The notes under the pieces: model-generated
Databases searched by the model: none
What the model saw: only the letters and a program-made list of their open reading frames with translations
Told to the model about the DNA's origin: nothing
Shown: piece after piece, positions 9,309 through 17,981 of the stretch
Position numbering within the stretch: position 1 is the stretch's first letter
How the letters are laid out: the number at the start of each line of letters is the position of its first letter
Program-made: the position numbers and the translations under genes
Assembly: GCA_963727105.1 (NCBI GenBank)
Contig: CAVSEW010000001.1
Coordinates: forward strand, 1,643,464-1,707,463
Source: an uncultured Solirubrobacterales bacterium
GTDB lineage: Bacteria; Actinomycetota; Thermoleophilia; Solirubrobacterales; Solirubrobacteraceae
Length of the DNA stretch: 64,000 nt
Direction of reading: 5' to 3'

Positions 9309-9656
9309 GTGCCGACGCGAGTCATCTTCCGTTGCGAGTTCTGCGACGCCAGGCCTGACCCCGAGGCTCAGCTCGCGCTCGAACGTCAGGTCCGCGAGCT
9401 CGCCTTCGGCGAATACCTCGACGTCTCACCCGGACGCTGGCTCGTGTGGCTCGGAGGGGGCCCGCTGGGCCCGCGCCGTTACGCGTGCTCCGAGCACCGC
9501 GGCGAGCTGACCGCGTTCCTACGCCACCACTACGGCACGGTCGCCCCCCATCCGTGGAAGATGCCGCCGTACCCGCACACCCACCGGTCGGCCGACACCG
9601 AGCGGGCGATCCGTCACGGCGGCCTGTCCGCGAGCCCCAAGTGGGGACTGCAGTGA
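9309..9656 (+). CDS. Hypothetical protein, CxxC...CxxH putative metal-binding
   Basis: CEFC and YACSEH; 6 nt after the small-subunit stop; GC3-rich codons. Confidence 0.7.
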   Translation: MPTRVIFRCEFCDARPDPEAQLALERQVRELAFGEYLDVSPGRWLVWLGGGPLGPRRYACSEHRGELTAFLRHHYGTVAPHPWKMPPYPHTHRSADTERAIRHGGLSASPKWGLQ

Positions 9657-9937
9657 GCGACGCCGACCCGCTGACTCGCACCATCTTCCTCAACGGCGGC
9701 TACAAGCCGTTCGGGCAGTTCACGCTCGCCGACGCCCAGGCCCGTGCGGCCGAGCTGACCGAGGCGACCGGCTGGGGGCCGACCGCCCGTGTTGCCTCGG
9801 TGGCCCGCGGCTGGTCCGAGCTCGCGCGCGCCATGGCGAGCGCCGGCGCGGAAACCGTGGCCGGTCTCGACCCCGAGCAGGCGGCCGACTTCGCGCGTCG
9901 GCTGTGGGTGGTGCCGCCCGGCGGCAGCCTGATCTGA
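9653..9937 (+). CDS. Hypothetical protein (94 aa)
   Basis: GTGA overlap with previous stop; VSDADPLTRTIFLNGG..LWVVPPGGSLI. Confidence 0.7.
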   Translation: MSDADPLTRTIFLNGGYKPFGQFTLADAQARAAELTEATGWGPTARVASVARGWSELARAMASAGAETVAGLDPEQAADFARRLWVVPPGGSLI

Positions 9938-10017
9938 GGGGTTGGTGGGGGTGTTGAGGCGTTTCGGGGCGTTTCGGGCGCCCGGCGCCGGCGCACCCTA
10001 AAGAGCTCTTCAATCCC

Positions 10018-10041
10018 GGTTGTGATCGCTCAGGTTGGGTA
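10018..10041 (+). promoter_or_regulatory. SigB/SigF-type promoter GGTT-N15-GGGTA upstream of the acyltransferase
   Basis: GGTT 10018-21, GGGTA 10037-41; near match to the actinobacterial stress-sigma consensus. Confidence 0.55.
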
Positions 10042-10069
10042 GCCCGACTACGAAGCACTGGTACCCGGA

Positions 10070-11065
10070 GTGAGAAACGAGGCGATCCAGATGGACGATC
10101 TGAAGGTGCAACGGCGCCGCCGTGAGAGCGGGCGCAAGACCGAGGACAGACGGGGACCGGGGCAAAAGGAGCAGTCCGAGCGGCATGCTGAGCAGGCGAA
10201 GGAGAAGGTTGCGCGTCGGCGGGCGCGCCAGTCGGGCGCGGCAGCGTGGGTGTCGGACCGCGCATCGAAGTGGAGCCTCGACGGTCCTGACTGGCGCTTC
10301 CTCGAGCGCCAGAAGTACCTCTGGAATCCGCTCATGGACTACTGGTTCCGAATGGAGCTCGAGGGCTGGGAGAACATCCCCAAGCCGCCCGTGCTGCTGG
10401 TCGGGATCCACTCCGGAGCACCGTTCGTGTGGGACGCGTGGACGATCGGCGCCCAATGGTGGCGGCACTTCGGCGAGAGCCGAATCGTCCACGGCACCGC
10501 TCACGACGCGCTGATGGCGATGCCCGGGTTCGGATGGTACTTCCGGCGCATGGGAGTGCTGCCGGCGGCGCCGGACAGCGTCTCGGCCGCACTGGCCGAG
10601 GGCCACGACGTGATCCTCTGGCCCGGCGGCGAGCGCGATTCGCTGCGGCCGTGGACCAAGCGCGACGAGGCGGTCCTCGCGGGCCGGAGCGGATTCATCA
10701 AGCTGGCGATCCGCAGCGGGGTGCCAATCGTTCCGATCGCGACGGTCGGTGGCCCGGACTCGATGCCCGTGCTGGCGAGCGGCCGGCGCCTGGCCAAGGT
10801 GCTCCAGCTCGACCGGGTCGCGCGGCTGAAGATGTTCCCGATAGCGCTCCAGGCGCCGTGGGGCGTCTCCCCCGCGCTGCTCCCCGAGCTCCCACTCCCG
10901 ACCAAGATCCGCACCGCCTTCGAGCCCCCGGTCGAGCTCGACACCGATCCGGCTCGGGCCGACGACGACGATTACGTAGCCGAGAAGTACGAGGAGGTTC
11001 GCGGCGCGATCCAGGAGGGCATGGACCGGCTCGCGCGCCGACGGCGGCTGCCGGTGTTCGGCTAG
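10070..11065 (+). CDS. Lysophospholipid/monoacylglycerol acyltransferase (PlsC-like LPLAT)
   Basis: HSGAPFVWD, WPGG.RD, GFIKLAIRSGVPIVP; start may be ATG 10091. Confidence 0.85.
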   Translation: MRNEAIQMDDLKVQRRRRESGRKTEDRRGPGQKEQSERHAEQAKEKVARRRARQSGAAAWVSDRASKWSLDGPDWRFLERQKYLWNPLMDYWFRMELEGWENIPKPPVLLVGIHSGAPFVWDAWTIGAQWWRHFGESRIVHGTAHDALMAMPGFGWYFRRMGVLPAAPDSVSAALAEGHDVILWPGGERDSLRPWTKRDEAVLAGRSGFIKLAIRSGVPIVPIATVGGPDSMPVLASGRRLAKVLQLDRVARLKMFPIALQAPWGVSPALLPELPLPTKIRTAFEPPVELDTDPARADDDDYVAEKYEEVRGAIQEGMDRLARRRRLPVFG

Positions 11066-11128
11066 GGGCCCATGGCGCGCCCCTGGGGGCGCCCGACGAC
11101 GGCGGCTGCCGGTGTTCGGTTAGGGCCC
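11039..11128 (+). repeat. Direct duplication of the acyltransferase 3' end
   Basis: CGACGGCGGCTGCCGGTGTTCGG at 11039-11061 and 11097-11119, each followed by NTAGGG. Confidence 0.8.
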
Positions 11129-11268
11129 ACCGGGCGCGCCCCACGCGGGCGCGCCCCTGGGCGGCGCGGGCCGGCGGTGGGCCCGGTGGCGGCTTCGGTG
11201 CCAGGCGCGGGGCGGGCGCTGGCGCGGCGCTGCGCGTGGGCGTGCCGGGCGCGGGCCGGGGGGCTGGC

Positions 11269-11389
11269 GGGGCAGAAAATCGGCACAAACCCGGGGTGCG
11301 GGTTCGGCGGAGGCTGGAAAGTACCGGCCACGGGGATTTTTCAGCCGGCCTTGCGAATCGGGCCTGACTTTGTTGCGTTTTTCTGGCCC
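11269..11389. repeat. Imperfect ~120-bp nested inverted repeat (MITE/REP-like)
   Basis: Ends GGGCAGAAAATCGGCACAAA / TTTGTTGCGTTTTTCTGGCCC; inner GGCTGGAAA / TTTTCAGCC. Confidence 0.5.
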
Positions 11390-11460
11390 GGGTCGACGCG
11401 CGACCCCTGGCCCGGGCAGACGCGCGACCCCCAGGCCCGGCAGACGCGCGACCCCCAGGC
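11383..11460. repeat. 24-bp tandem repeat, about 3 copies
   Basis: GACGCGCGACCCC core at 11395, 11419, 11443. Confidence 0.8.
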
Positions 11461-11499
11461 GCAGGCGCCCACACCCGCGGTCGCGCGATCCGCGAACCC

Positions 11500-11841
11500 C
11501 TACTTCCTCCGATCGACCGCCCGCTGCAGCTGCGCCTTGGTCATTCGCGAGCGGCCCTCGACGCCGAGCTCACGCGCCTCGTTATAGAGCTGCTCGCGGG
11601 TGCGCCCCTTGGGCCGGTTGGTGCCCGAGCGCAGGCCGCCGCGCCGCGATGAGGAGATGTCCTGGGTCGAGGTGCGCGAGCTCTGCCTTGATTCGCCGGC
11701 GCGAGCCCGCTCCTTGTTCACGGTGCGCGCGGCGATCTCCTCCGCGCGGCCCTCGCCGGCGCCGCGCTCGCGCTGGCTCTCCTTGACATGCTCGTACTGA
11801 CGGGCACGCTTGGTCCCTTTCTTCGCTCCACGCGGGGGCAT
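11500..11841 (-). CDS. Small basic stress protein ('plasmid stabilization protein'-annotated family, Rho-N-like C-terminus)
   Basis: RQYEHVKES..AEEIAARTVNKERAR..TREQLYNEARELGVEGRSRMTKAQL; GGAGG RBS. Confidence 0.8.
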   Translation of the reverse strand: MPPRGAKKGTKRARQYEHVKESQRERGAGEGRAEEIAARTVNKERARAGESRQSSRTSTQDISSSRRGGLRSGTNRPKGRTREQLYNEARELGVEGRSRMTKAQLQRAVDRRK

Positions 11842-11878
11842 CGACCACCTCCGTATCTCGAAGCCTACGGCTGCTGCT

Positions 11879-12394
11879 CTACCCCTCGAGTCGATGATGA
11901 AACTGGCGCAACCGGCGCCGGCGCCGCAATGGAACCGCGAACCACAGTCCAGAGACGAGCACGGCCGCGATGCTTCCGACCACGATCGCCGTGGCCAGGC
12001 CGAAGACGACGTCCGAGATCAGCACGAGGATCCCGGTCAGCCCGACGGTCAGGAACGCCATGGCCGCGATCGTGAGCTGAGTTCCGACACTGACCAGATA
12101 TGCCTTCTGCTGGCGACGGAACAGCAGCCGGTGGTGGATCGAGGGCGCGATCAGCAGCACCGCCGCGCTGGCGATGCAGAGCAGCGTCACGAAGTAGACA
12201 TAGCGGTCGAACGACGTCACCCGCCGGAACCCGACGTTGAACGGAACGATCAGCAGGAAGGCGAACAGAACCTGGATCCCCACCGATACGACGCGCAGCT
12301 CGTTGAGCAGTTCCACCGTGTTGCGGTCGAGCCGCTCCATCGCCGATTCGTCGCGACCGTCGTCGGTGCTGCGCTCGATGGTGTCGTGTGCCAC
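11879..12394 (-). CDS. DUF6328-like membrane protein
   Basis: GRDES..ERLDRN..ELLNELRV..GIQVLFAFLL..PF; four hydrophobic segments. Confidence 0.8.
   Translation of the reverse strand: MAHDTIERSTDDGRDESAMERLDRNTVELLNELRVVSVGIQVLFAFLLIVPFNVGFRRVTSFDRYVYFVTLLCIASAAVLLIAPSIHHRLLFRRQQKAYLVSVGTQLTIAAMAFLTVGLTGILVLISDVVFGLATAIVVGSIAAVLVSGLWFAVPLRRRRRLRQFHHRLEG
11880..11903 (-). promoter_or_regulatory. SigB/SigF-type promoter GTTT-N15-GGGTA
   Basis: Minus strand GTTT 11903-11900, GGGTA 11884-11880, ~40 nt upstream of ATG 11841. Confidence 0.65.
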
Positions 12395-12478
12395 TAACGA
12401 TGCGCTTCCCCGCCCGCACCAACTGGAAACGGCGACGGCGGCATACCCAGGCCGTCCGCGGGGTACGTTCGCCTCGGC

Positions 12479-13825
12479 ATGGCCTCCGAGCAATTCGACG
12501 TGATCGTCCTCGGCGCCGGGCCGGCGGGAGAAGTTGTCGCGTCGCGGTTGGCCGCGCGGGGGCTCTCGCCCGCGCTTGTAGAGGCGGAGCTGGTGGGCGG
12601 CGAGTGCGCCTACTGGGCCTGCATCCCGTCCAAGACGCTGCTGCGCGCGCCCGAGGTGGCCGGCGAGGGCCGGCGCGCGGCCGGCGTGAGCGAGCCCGAG
12701 ACCCGCTTCTCCGACATCGCCGAGTACCGCGACTACATGGTCCGCAACCTCGACGACCGGGACGAGGTCCGGCAGTATGAGGAGGGCGGCACCAGGGTGT
12801 TCAAAGATCGCGGCACGATCCGCGGCCCCGGCGAGGTGGAGGTCTCGGGCAACGTTCTGCACAGCGGCAGGATCGTGGTCGCCACCGGCAGTCGGCCCCT
12901 GATCCCCTCGATCCCGGGTCTCGAGGAGACCGGCTACTGGACCAACCGCGAGGCGACCACGCTCACCGAGGTTCCCGAGTCGGCGATCGTGCTCGGCGGT
13001 GGCCCGGTTGGGATCGAGCTGGCCCAGCTCCTGCACGGATTCGGCTCCCGCGTGACCCTGGTGGAGACAGCAGACCGGCTGCTGGTGCGCGAGGAACCGC
13101 GGGTCAGCGAGCTGCTCGTGGCGGCGCTGCGCGAGGACGGAATCGAGGTGCACGTCGGCGCCGAGGTCGAATCGGTTGGGCGGCGCGGGGGCGCGAGGGC
13201 GATCCGGACGAACAGCGAGCAGATCGAGGCGCAGCAGCTGATCGTCGCCGGCGGACGCAGGCCGAACGTCGACGGCATCGGCCTCGAGCACGTCGGGATC
13301 GAGCCCTCGGACCGCGGCATCGAGGTCGACGAGCGCTGCCGGGCCGCCGAGGGGGTCTCGGCGGTCGGCGACGTGACCGGCGCGATGCCGTTCACGCATG
13401 CCGCCATGTACCAGGGGCGGATCGTCTTCACGGATATCTGCGGCGAGAGCGCCCGGGCGGACCTCACCGCGGTACCGCGGGTGGTGTTCAGCGATCCCGA
13501 GGTCGCGGCGGTCGGCATGACCGAGGAGCAGGCCAGGAACGCCGCGATCGACGTGGCCACGCAGCGGATCACGCTCAAGGACTCGGTCAGCCGCCCGTGG
13601 ACGTACGAGCGTGAGCCGCGCGGCGAGCTGTCGCGGCTCGTCGACCGAGCGCGCCGCGTGCTGGTCGGCGCCTGGGCCGTGGCCCCGCTGACCAGCGAGT
13701 GGATCCACTACGCGGCACTGGCGATCAAGGCCCAAATCCCTCTCGCCGTGCTGAAGGACACCGTCGCCCAGTTCCCGACCTACACCGAGGCGTATCTCAA
13801 GGCACTCGAGAAGCTGGAGCTATAG
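12479..13825 (+). CDS. Pyridine nucleotide-disulfide oxidoreductase (class I, LpdA/MerA-like)
   Basis: GAGPAG, redox GGECAYWACIPSK, GGGPVGIE, AVGD, FPTYTE. Confidence 0.9.
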   Translation: MASEQFDVIVLGAGPAGEVVASRLAARGLSPALVEAELVGGECAYWACIPSKTLLRAPEVAGEGRRAAGVSEPETRFSDIAEYRDYMVRNLDDRDEVRQYEEGGTRVFKDRGTIRGPGEVEVSGNVLHSGRIVVATGSRPLIPSIPGLEETGYWTNREATTLTEVPESAIVLGGGPVGIELAQLLHGFGSRVTLVETADRLLVREEPRVSELLVAALREDGIEVHVGAEVESVGRRGGARAIRTNSEQIEAQQLIVAGGRRPNVDGIGLEHVGIEPSDRGIEVDERCRAAEGVSAVGDVTGAMPFTHAAMYQGRIVFTDICGESARADLTAVPRVVFSDPEVAAVGMTEEQARNAAIDVATQRITLKDSVSRPWTYEREPRGELSRLVDRARRVLVGAWAVAPLTSEWIHYAALAIKAQIPLAVLKDTVAQFPTYTEAYLKALEKLEL

Positions 13826-13893
13826 ATGATCGATTCATCCGGGCGAGCGCCGCCGCGAGCGACGGCGCCCACCCGGGTCGGCCTCTCCTCCGC

Positions 13894-14478
13894 CTACGCG
13901 GTCGCGCCGGCGCCGGAGCCGACGTGCTGCTCGTGGCGGCCCTCGGCGATCTCCTCGACGACCTTCGCGCAGAAGGCCGGTAGGTCATCGGGCTTGCGAC
14001 TCGTGACGAGGCCGTTGTCGACGACAACCTCCCTGTCGACCCAGTCAGCGCCTGCGTTGCGCAGGTCGATCCGCAGGCTCGGCCACGAGGTGACCGTCCG
14101 GCCGCTGGCGACGTCGGCCTCGACCAGTAGCCAGGGCCCGTGGCAGATGATCCCCACGGGCTTGTCCTGCTCGAAGAAGTCGCGCACGAACCGCACGGCC
14201 TCCTCGTCGGTGCGTAGCGCATCCGGATTGGCGACCCCGCCGGGCACAACCAGCCCGTCGTAGTCCGAGGCGTCGGCGTCGGACACGGAGCGCCCGGCCT
14301 CGATCGTGTCGCCCTTGTTGAGGTGGTTGAACATCTGCACTTCGCCTCGATCGAGCGAGATCAGATCCGCCTCGGCGCCGGCTCCGCGCACGGCCGTCAG
14401 CGGCTCTGTCAACTCGACCTGCTCAACACCCTCGGTGAACAGGAATGCCACACGCTTGCCCTCTAGCTGCTTGGCCAT
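13894..14478 (-). CDS. PfpI/DJ-1 family protein
   Basis: GVEQVEL, PGGVANPD, ICHGPW, TSRKPDDL; GGAGG RBS. Confidence 0.92.
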   Translation of the reverse strand: MAKQLEGKRVAFLFTEGVEQVELTEPLTAVRGAGAEADLISLDRGEVQMFNHLNKGDTIEAGRSVSDADASDYDGLVVPGGVANPDALRTDEEAVRFVRDFFEQDKPVGIICHGPWLLVEADVASGRTVTSWPSLRIDLRNAGADWVDREVVVDNGLVTSRKPDDLPAFCAKVVEEIAEGRHEQHVGSGAGATA

Positions 14479-14524
14479 AGGGGTTCACCTCCATCTGTAT
14501 CGGTTTCGGGTCCTCTGTCTGGGC

Positions 14525-14548
14525 TACCCGAGCCGGTGGGTGGGAAAC
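14525..14548 (-). promoter_or_regulatory. SigB/SigF-type promoter GTTT-N15-GGGTA upstream of pfpI-like gene
   Basis: Minus strand GTTT 14548-14545, GGGTA 14529-14525. Confidence 0.7.
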
Positions 14549-14562
14549 GATCGGGCCGCCAT

Positions 14563-15732
14563 TCATTGCGGGGCGGGCGCGGCGGTCGGTACGCCCCCAG
14601 AGGCGGTGGTTCGGCTGGCAAGTGCGGCGCCGAGCGCACATACGCCGAGACTGACGAGGGCCGCGGCGATGATCGCCGCTCCCTGGCCGGGGTGAAGGAC
14701 GCCGTCCGACAGGCCGAGCTTGACCACGGCGGCCGGGACCCCGAGCTGCGCGGTCACGATCAACGCCGTCCACACCGGCGCCCTGATCGCCCGGCCGGCG
14801 AGCACGTGGACCGCGACCATGCCGACGATCAGGAGCCCCGACAACTCGAGGTAGGCAGGGGTCCGAACCAGTGCCCGGACGTTGAGGCTCGCGCCGAGGA
14901 CGACGAAGAAGACCGGGACGAGGAAGCCGGCGGCGACCCCCGTCACCTGGTCCGAGAGGCGGCGCGGACCGCCCTCGACGGCGACGATCAGCCCGGCCGC
15001 GAAGCCGGCGATCATGATGCTCGTTCCCACCCACTGCGCGAGCGCGCATAACGCGAACAGGGCGACCAGAGCGACGCGGAGGTCGAGCGCCCAGACCCGC
15101 GTCGCCGACTCCTGGCGGAGGATACGGACGCGCGGGTTGCTGTCGAGGAAGCGCCCCATGACGAGGATCAGAGCCGCTCCGACGGCCACGGCAAGCGCGC
15201 CGAGCCCGGCCCGAACCGCGTGCGACGGATTGAGCACGAGCGGGACGGCGACGATCGTGGCCACGTCGGCAACGGTCGCCCATGCCATCGCGAGCAGGGC
15301 CCGGTCGGGGGTGATGCCGGCCTCCTCGAGCGCGGGCAGCACGATCGCGGCCGATCCCGTGGCGAGCAGGATTGCCCACACCGCCGGGTGGCCGACGCCG
15401 AGCAGGTTGGCGATCACAACCCCTCCCGCGGCACCGAGCGCGGCGCTCACCAGGACCGCGACGCCGCCCCGCCCCAGCGAGCCGAGCAGCCCCCGGTTGC
15501 GCAGGGGCACGTGCATGCCGGCGACCATCATCAAGACCGCGAAACCGATGTTGCCGAGAAACGCGATCGTCGGGTCATCGGGCTTGATCAGCCCCGCGCC
15601 GGTCTTGCCGAGCGCGATCCCGGCGAGCAGCTCGCCGACGACAACGGGAATCACGAACTTCCTCGACGCGGACAGCAGCGGGCCGCCGAGACCGGCGAGG
15701 ATGATCAACGTGAGCTGCCCGAAGCTGGCCAT
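14563..15732 (-). CDS. Cation:proton antiporter (CPA2-like)
   Basis: Many TM helices, PVVVGELLAGI, ATVADV, PVFFVVLGASL; TATCGT -10 six nt before ATG. Confidence 0.85.
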   Translation of the reverse strand: MASFGQLTLIILAGLGGPLLSASRKFVIPVVVGELLAGIALGKTGAGLIKPDDPTIAFLGNIGFAVLMMVAGMHVPLRNRGLLGSLGRGGVAVLVSAALGAAGGVVIANLLGVGHPAVWAILLATGSAAIVLPALEEAGITPDRALLAMAWATVADVATIVAVPLVLNPSHAVRAGLGALAVAVGAALILVMGRFLDSNPRVRILRQESATRVWALDLRVALVALFALCALAQWVGTSIMIAGFAAGLIVAVEGGPRRLSDQVTGVAAGFLVPVFFVVLGASLNVRALVRTPAYLELSGLLIVGMVAVHVLAGRAIRAPVWTALIVTAQLGVPAAVVKLGLSDGVLHPGQGAAIIAAALVSLGVCALGAALASRTTASGGVPTAAPAPQ

Positions 15733-15780
15733 CGCGCGACGATATCCGGCTGTAGGGACGGCCGCCAGCGCTGCCCGAAG

Positions 15781-16244
15781 CTAGCCTGCGGGCGCCCACT
15801 CGACGACGGCGAGCAGCACGGTCGACGAGAACACATGCGCGCCCGCCGAAACGTGGCCGAAGTGCCGCGCCAGCGGCCGTTCGATCCCCAGCAGCCGGGC
15901 ATCGCTGAGCGAGGAGCTGTCGACCGCGAGCACGGCCCACAGTCGCCGGCGGGCCGAAACCGATACGAACGCCTGCGGACTGCCGGCGAATACGCACGTG
16001 AGCACTGGCCGCAGGCGCCCGAGCCCGTAGTACGGAACCGCGACTCCAGGGCTCGTGGGCGAGATCACGACGTCGCCGGTACGCCGGTGCGCCTGCAGGT
16101 AGTCGATGACGCCCGCGCGTGCGCGTAGTAACCCGATCGCTCGTGGCTGCCGATGAGCCGGACCATCGAGGTCGCGAACACGCCGACCGCGACGGCCACG
16201 GCGGGGATCCTGGGCGTGACGGCGATACCACCGGCAGCGCCCAC
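15781..16244 (-). pseudogene. Remnant resembling the C-terminus of a GT-C-type membrane glycosyltransferase
   Basis: Hydrophobic helix (IPAVAVAVGVFATSMV) in one frame; GVIDYLQAHRRTGDVVIS..PYY in another; frame switch near 16120. Confidence 0.35.
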
Positions 16245-16269
16245 CGGGTCCGCCCAACCCGGAGGCCGC

Positions 16270-16998
16270 TCACGCGGCGAAGCCGCGCATCACCGCGCGC
16301 AGACCCTTCCAGCTGCCGCCGGCGCGCGCCTGCAGCCGGAACCGCGGGCCGCGCTGCACGCGGGCGAACCCGGTCGCGATCATCATCCGCTCGATGCTGG
16401 ACTCGCTCAGGAGCCACCATTGGAACTCGTCGATCCCGTCGAAGCGGGCGAGCGGCAGCCGGCGGCCGAAGCGGAACTCGGTGATCGGGTTGCAGATGAT
16501 CGCGCTGCCGCGGCACACCCGGCGGACCCGTTCGATCGCGCTCACCGGATCCTTGAGGTGCACGAGCAAGTCGCCGCAGAAGATCAGGTCGAACTCGCCG
16601 AGATCGAAATCGAGCTCGTAAACGGAGCGCTCGACGCGCCTGACGTTCGAGCCGAGCGCGCTGCGCGCGAGCTCGAAGCGAGCCGCCTTCGTCTCGTCGA
16701 GCGTCGGCTCGACGCGCCGCCGCCAGTGCAGCGGCCAGTCCAGGTCATCGACCTCGGCGACGTCCGTCGCGACCACCTCCGCGGCGCCGCGGCGCTCCAT
16801 CTCGAACGCCCAGAAGCCGTCCATTGTGCCGACGTCAAGGCAGCGCAGCCCGGACAGGTCGCCCGGCAGCATGTAGCGCTCGAGCGCGGGCCGATGGTCG
16901 AACATGCCCTCGGTCACGACCCCGTCGGCCAGCTCCATCGTGTGGTACCAGCCGAACCGTGCGACCTCTTCGGCCAGCTCCCGGTGCTCTCCGGTCAC
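16270..16998 (-). CDS. Class I SAM-dependent transferase (CmoB/DUF1698-like), copy 1
   Basis: WYHTMEL..GVVTEGMFD, LDVGTMDGFWAFE, GDLLVHLKDP; GTGA overlap. Confidence 0.85.
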   Translation of the reverse strand: MTGEHRELAEEVARFGWYHTMELADGVVTEGMFDHRPALERYMLPGDLSGLRCLDVGTMDGFWAFEMERRGAAEVVATDVAEVDDLDWPLHWRRRVEPTLDETKAARFELARSALGSNVRRVERSVYELDFDLGEFDLIFCGDLLVHLKDPVSAIERVRRVCRGSAIICNPITEFRFGRRLPLARFDGIDEFQWWLLSESSIERMMIATGFARVQRGPRFRLQARAGGSWKGLRAVMRGFAA

Positions 16999-17939
16999 CG
17001 CCGGCCCGCCATCGTCCCCGGGGCCCGCATCCCGCGCCAGTGGGCTCTCACCCACCCGCGGTTCGCAAGGCTCGGCGCGCGCCAACGCGAGGATGCGGCA
17101 GCGAGCGCGGTCATCCACACAGCCCTGACCGCGGCGCCGGCGAGGTTGATCGCGGCCGTCGTCCAAGCGCGTGGGCGGCCACGGCGGCGCACCAGCATCG
17201 CGTACGTGGCGGCCATGGAGCGGCTGTCGCGATCCTCGCCGAACGCGCCGGCGGTGGCGGCGGCGGACTCGTGGCACACGCGCGCCCGCGGCTCGTAGAG
17301 CGTCGCCCAGCCGGCGGCGTGCAGGCGCCACAACAGATCGAGATCCTCGGCGTACAGCCACTGCCGCGGGTCGAACCCGCCGACGGCGTCGAGTGCCGCG
17401 CGGCGCAGCAGCAGGCAGGCGCCGATCGCCCACGGCACCGCGCGCGCGCGGGCGGGATCCCAGAACCCCTCCAGGCACAGGCGCTCGGCGAGCGAGGCGC
17501 TCAGGTGGTGCGCCCCGAGGTTGAACAGCAGCGTCAGCGGCACCGTCGGGAACGGGTGCACCGAGTGCTGGCTGCTCCCGTCCGGGAGCAGCAGCAGCGG
17601 CGCCACGCACGCGACGGACGGATCGGCGCCCGCAGCCAGCAGCGAGCCGAGCGCGTCCGGCTCGAGCGCGACGTCGGCGTTGGCCACCAGCAGCCACTCG
17701 GAGACGGTGCGCTCTGCGACGAGGTTGACTGCGGGTCCGAAGCCGAGGTTGGCCGGAGCCTCGATCACGTGCGCCCACGGCGCCGCCTCGCGCGCGGCCT
17801 CCGCCGAGCCGTCGCCGGAGCGGTTGTCGACCACCCACACGTCGGCTCGCTCCGCCTGCGCGTCGGCCGCCAGCGAGCGCAGGCAGCGCACGAGCAGCGC
17901 TCGGGTGTTGAACGACACGACGGCCACGGTCACCGGCAT
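16995..17939 (-). CDS. Glycosyltransferase family 2 (rhamnosyltransferase-like)
   Basis: VVSFN, VVDNRSGDGS, NLGFG, NAD, GACLL, YAEDLD. Confidence 0.9.
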   Translation of the reverse strand: MPVTVAVVSFNTRALLVRCLRSLAADAQAERADVWVVDNRSGDGSAEAAREAAPWAHVIEAPANLGFGPAVNLVAERTVSEWLLVANADVALEPDALGSLLAAGADPSVACVAPLLLLPDGSSQHSVHPFPTVPLTLLFNLGAHHLSASLAERLCLEGFWDPARARAVPWAIGACLLLRRAALDAVGGFDPRQWLYAEDLDLLWRLHAAGWATLYEPRARVCHESAAATAGAFGEDRDSRSMAATYAMLVRRRGRPRAWTTAAINLAGAAVRAVWMTALAAASSRWRAPSLANRGWVRAHWRGMRAPGTMAGRR

Positions 17940-17981
17940 CGGGCGCCAGTATGCCGGGTATCGAGCCTATGATCCGCCGGG

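Noticed and set aside
11383-11460. Possible CRISPR array
   Set aside because: Units are directly adjacent with no unique spacers, and there are no cas genes.
12395-13735. Long N-terminal part of the 618-aa minus ORF (also extensions of ORFs 19144-21366, 30218-32707, 33309-35357, 7341-9302)
   Set aside because: They overlap real genes; true starts lie downstream at stop-codon overlaps or after -10 boxes.
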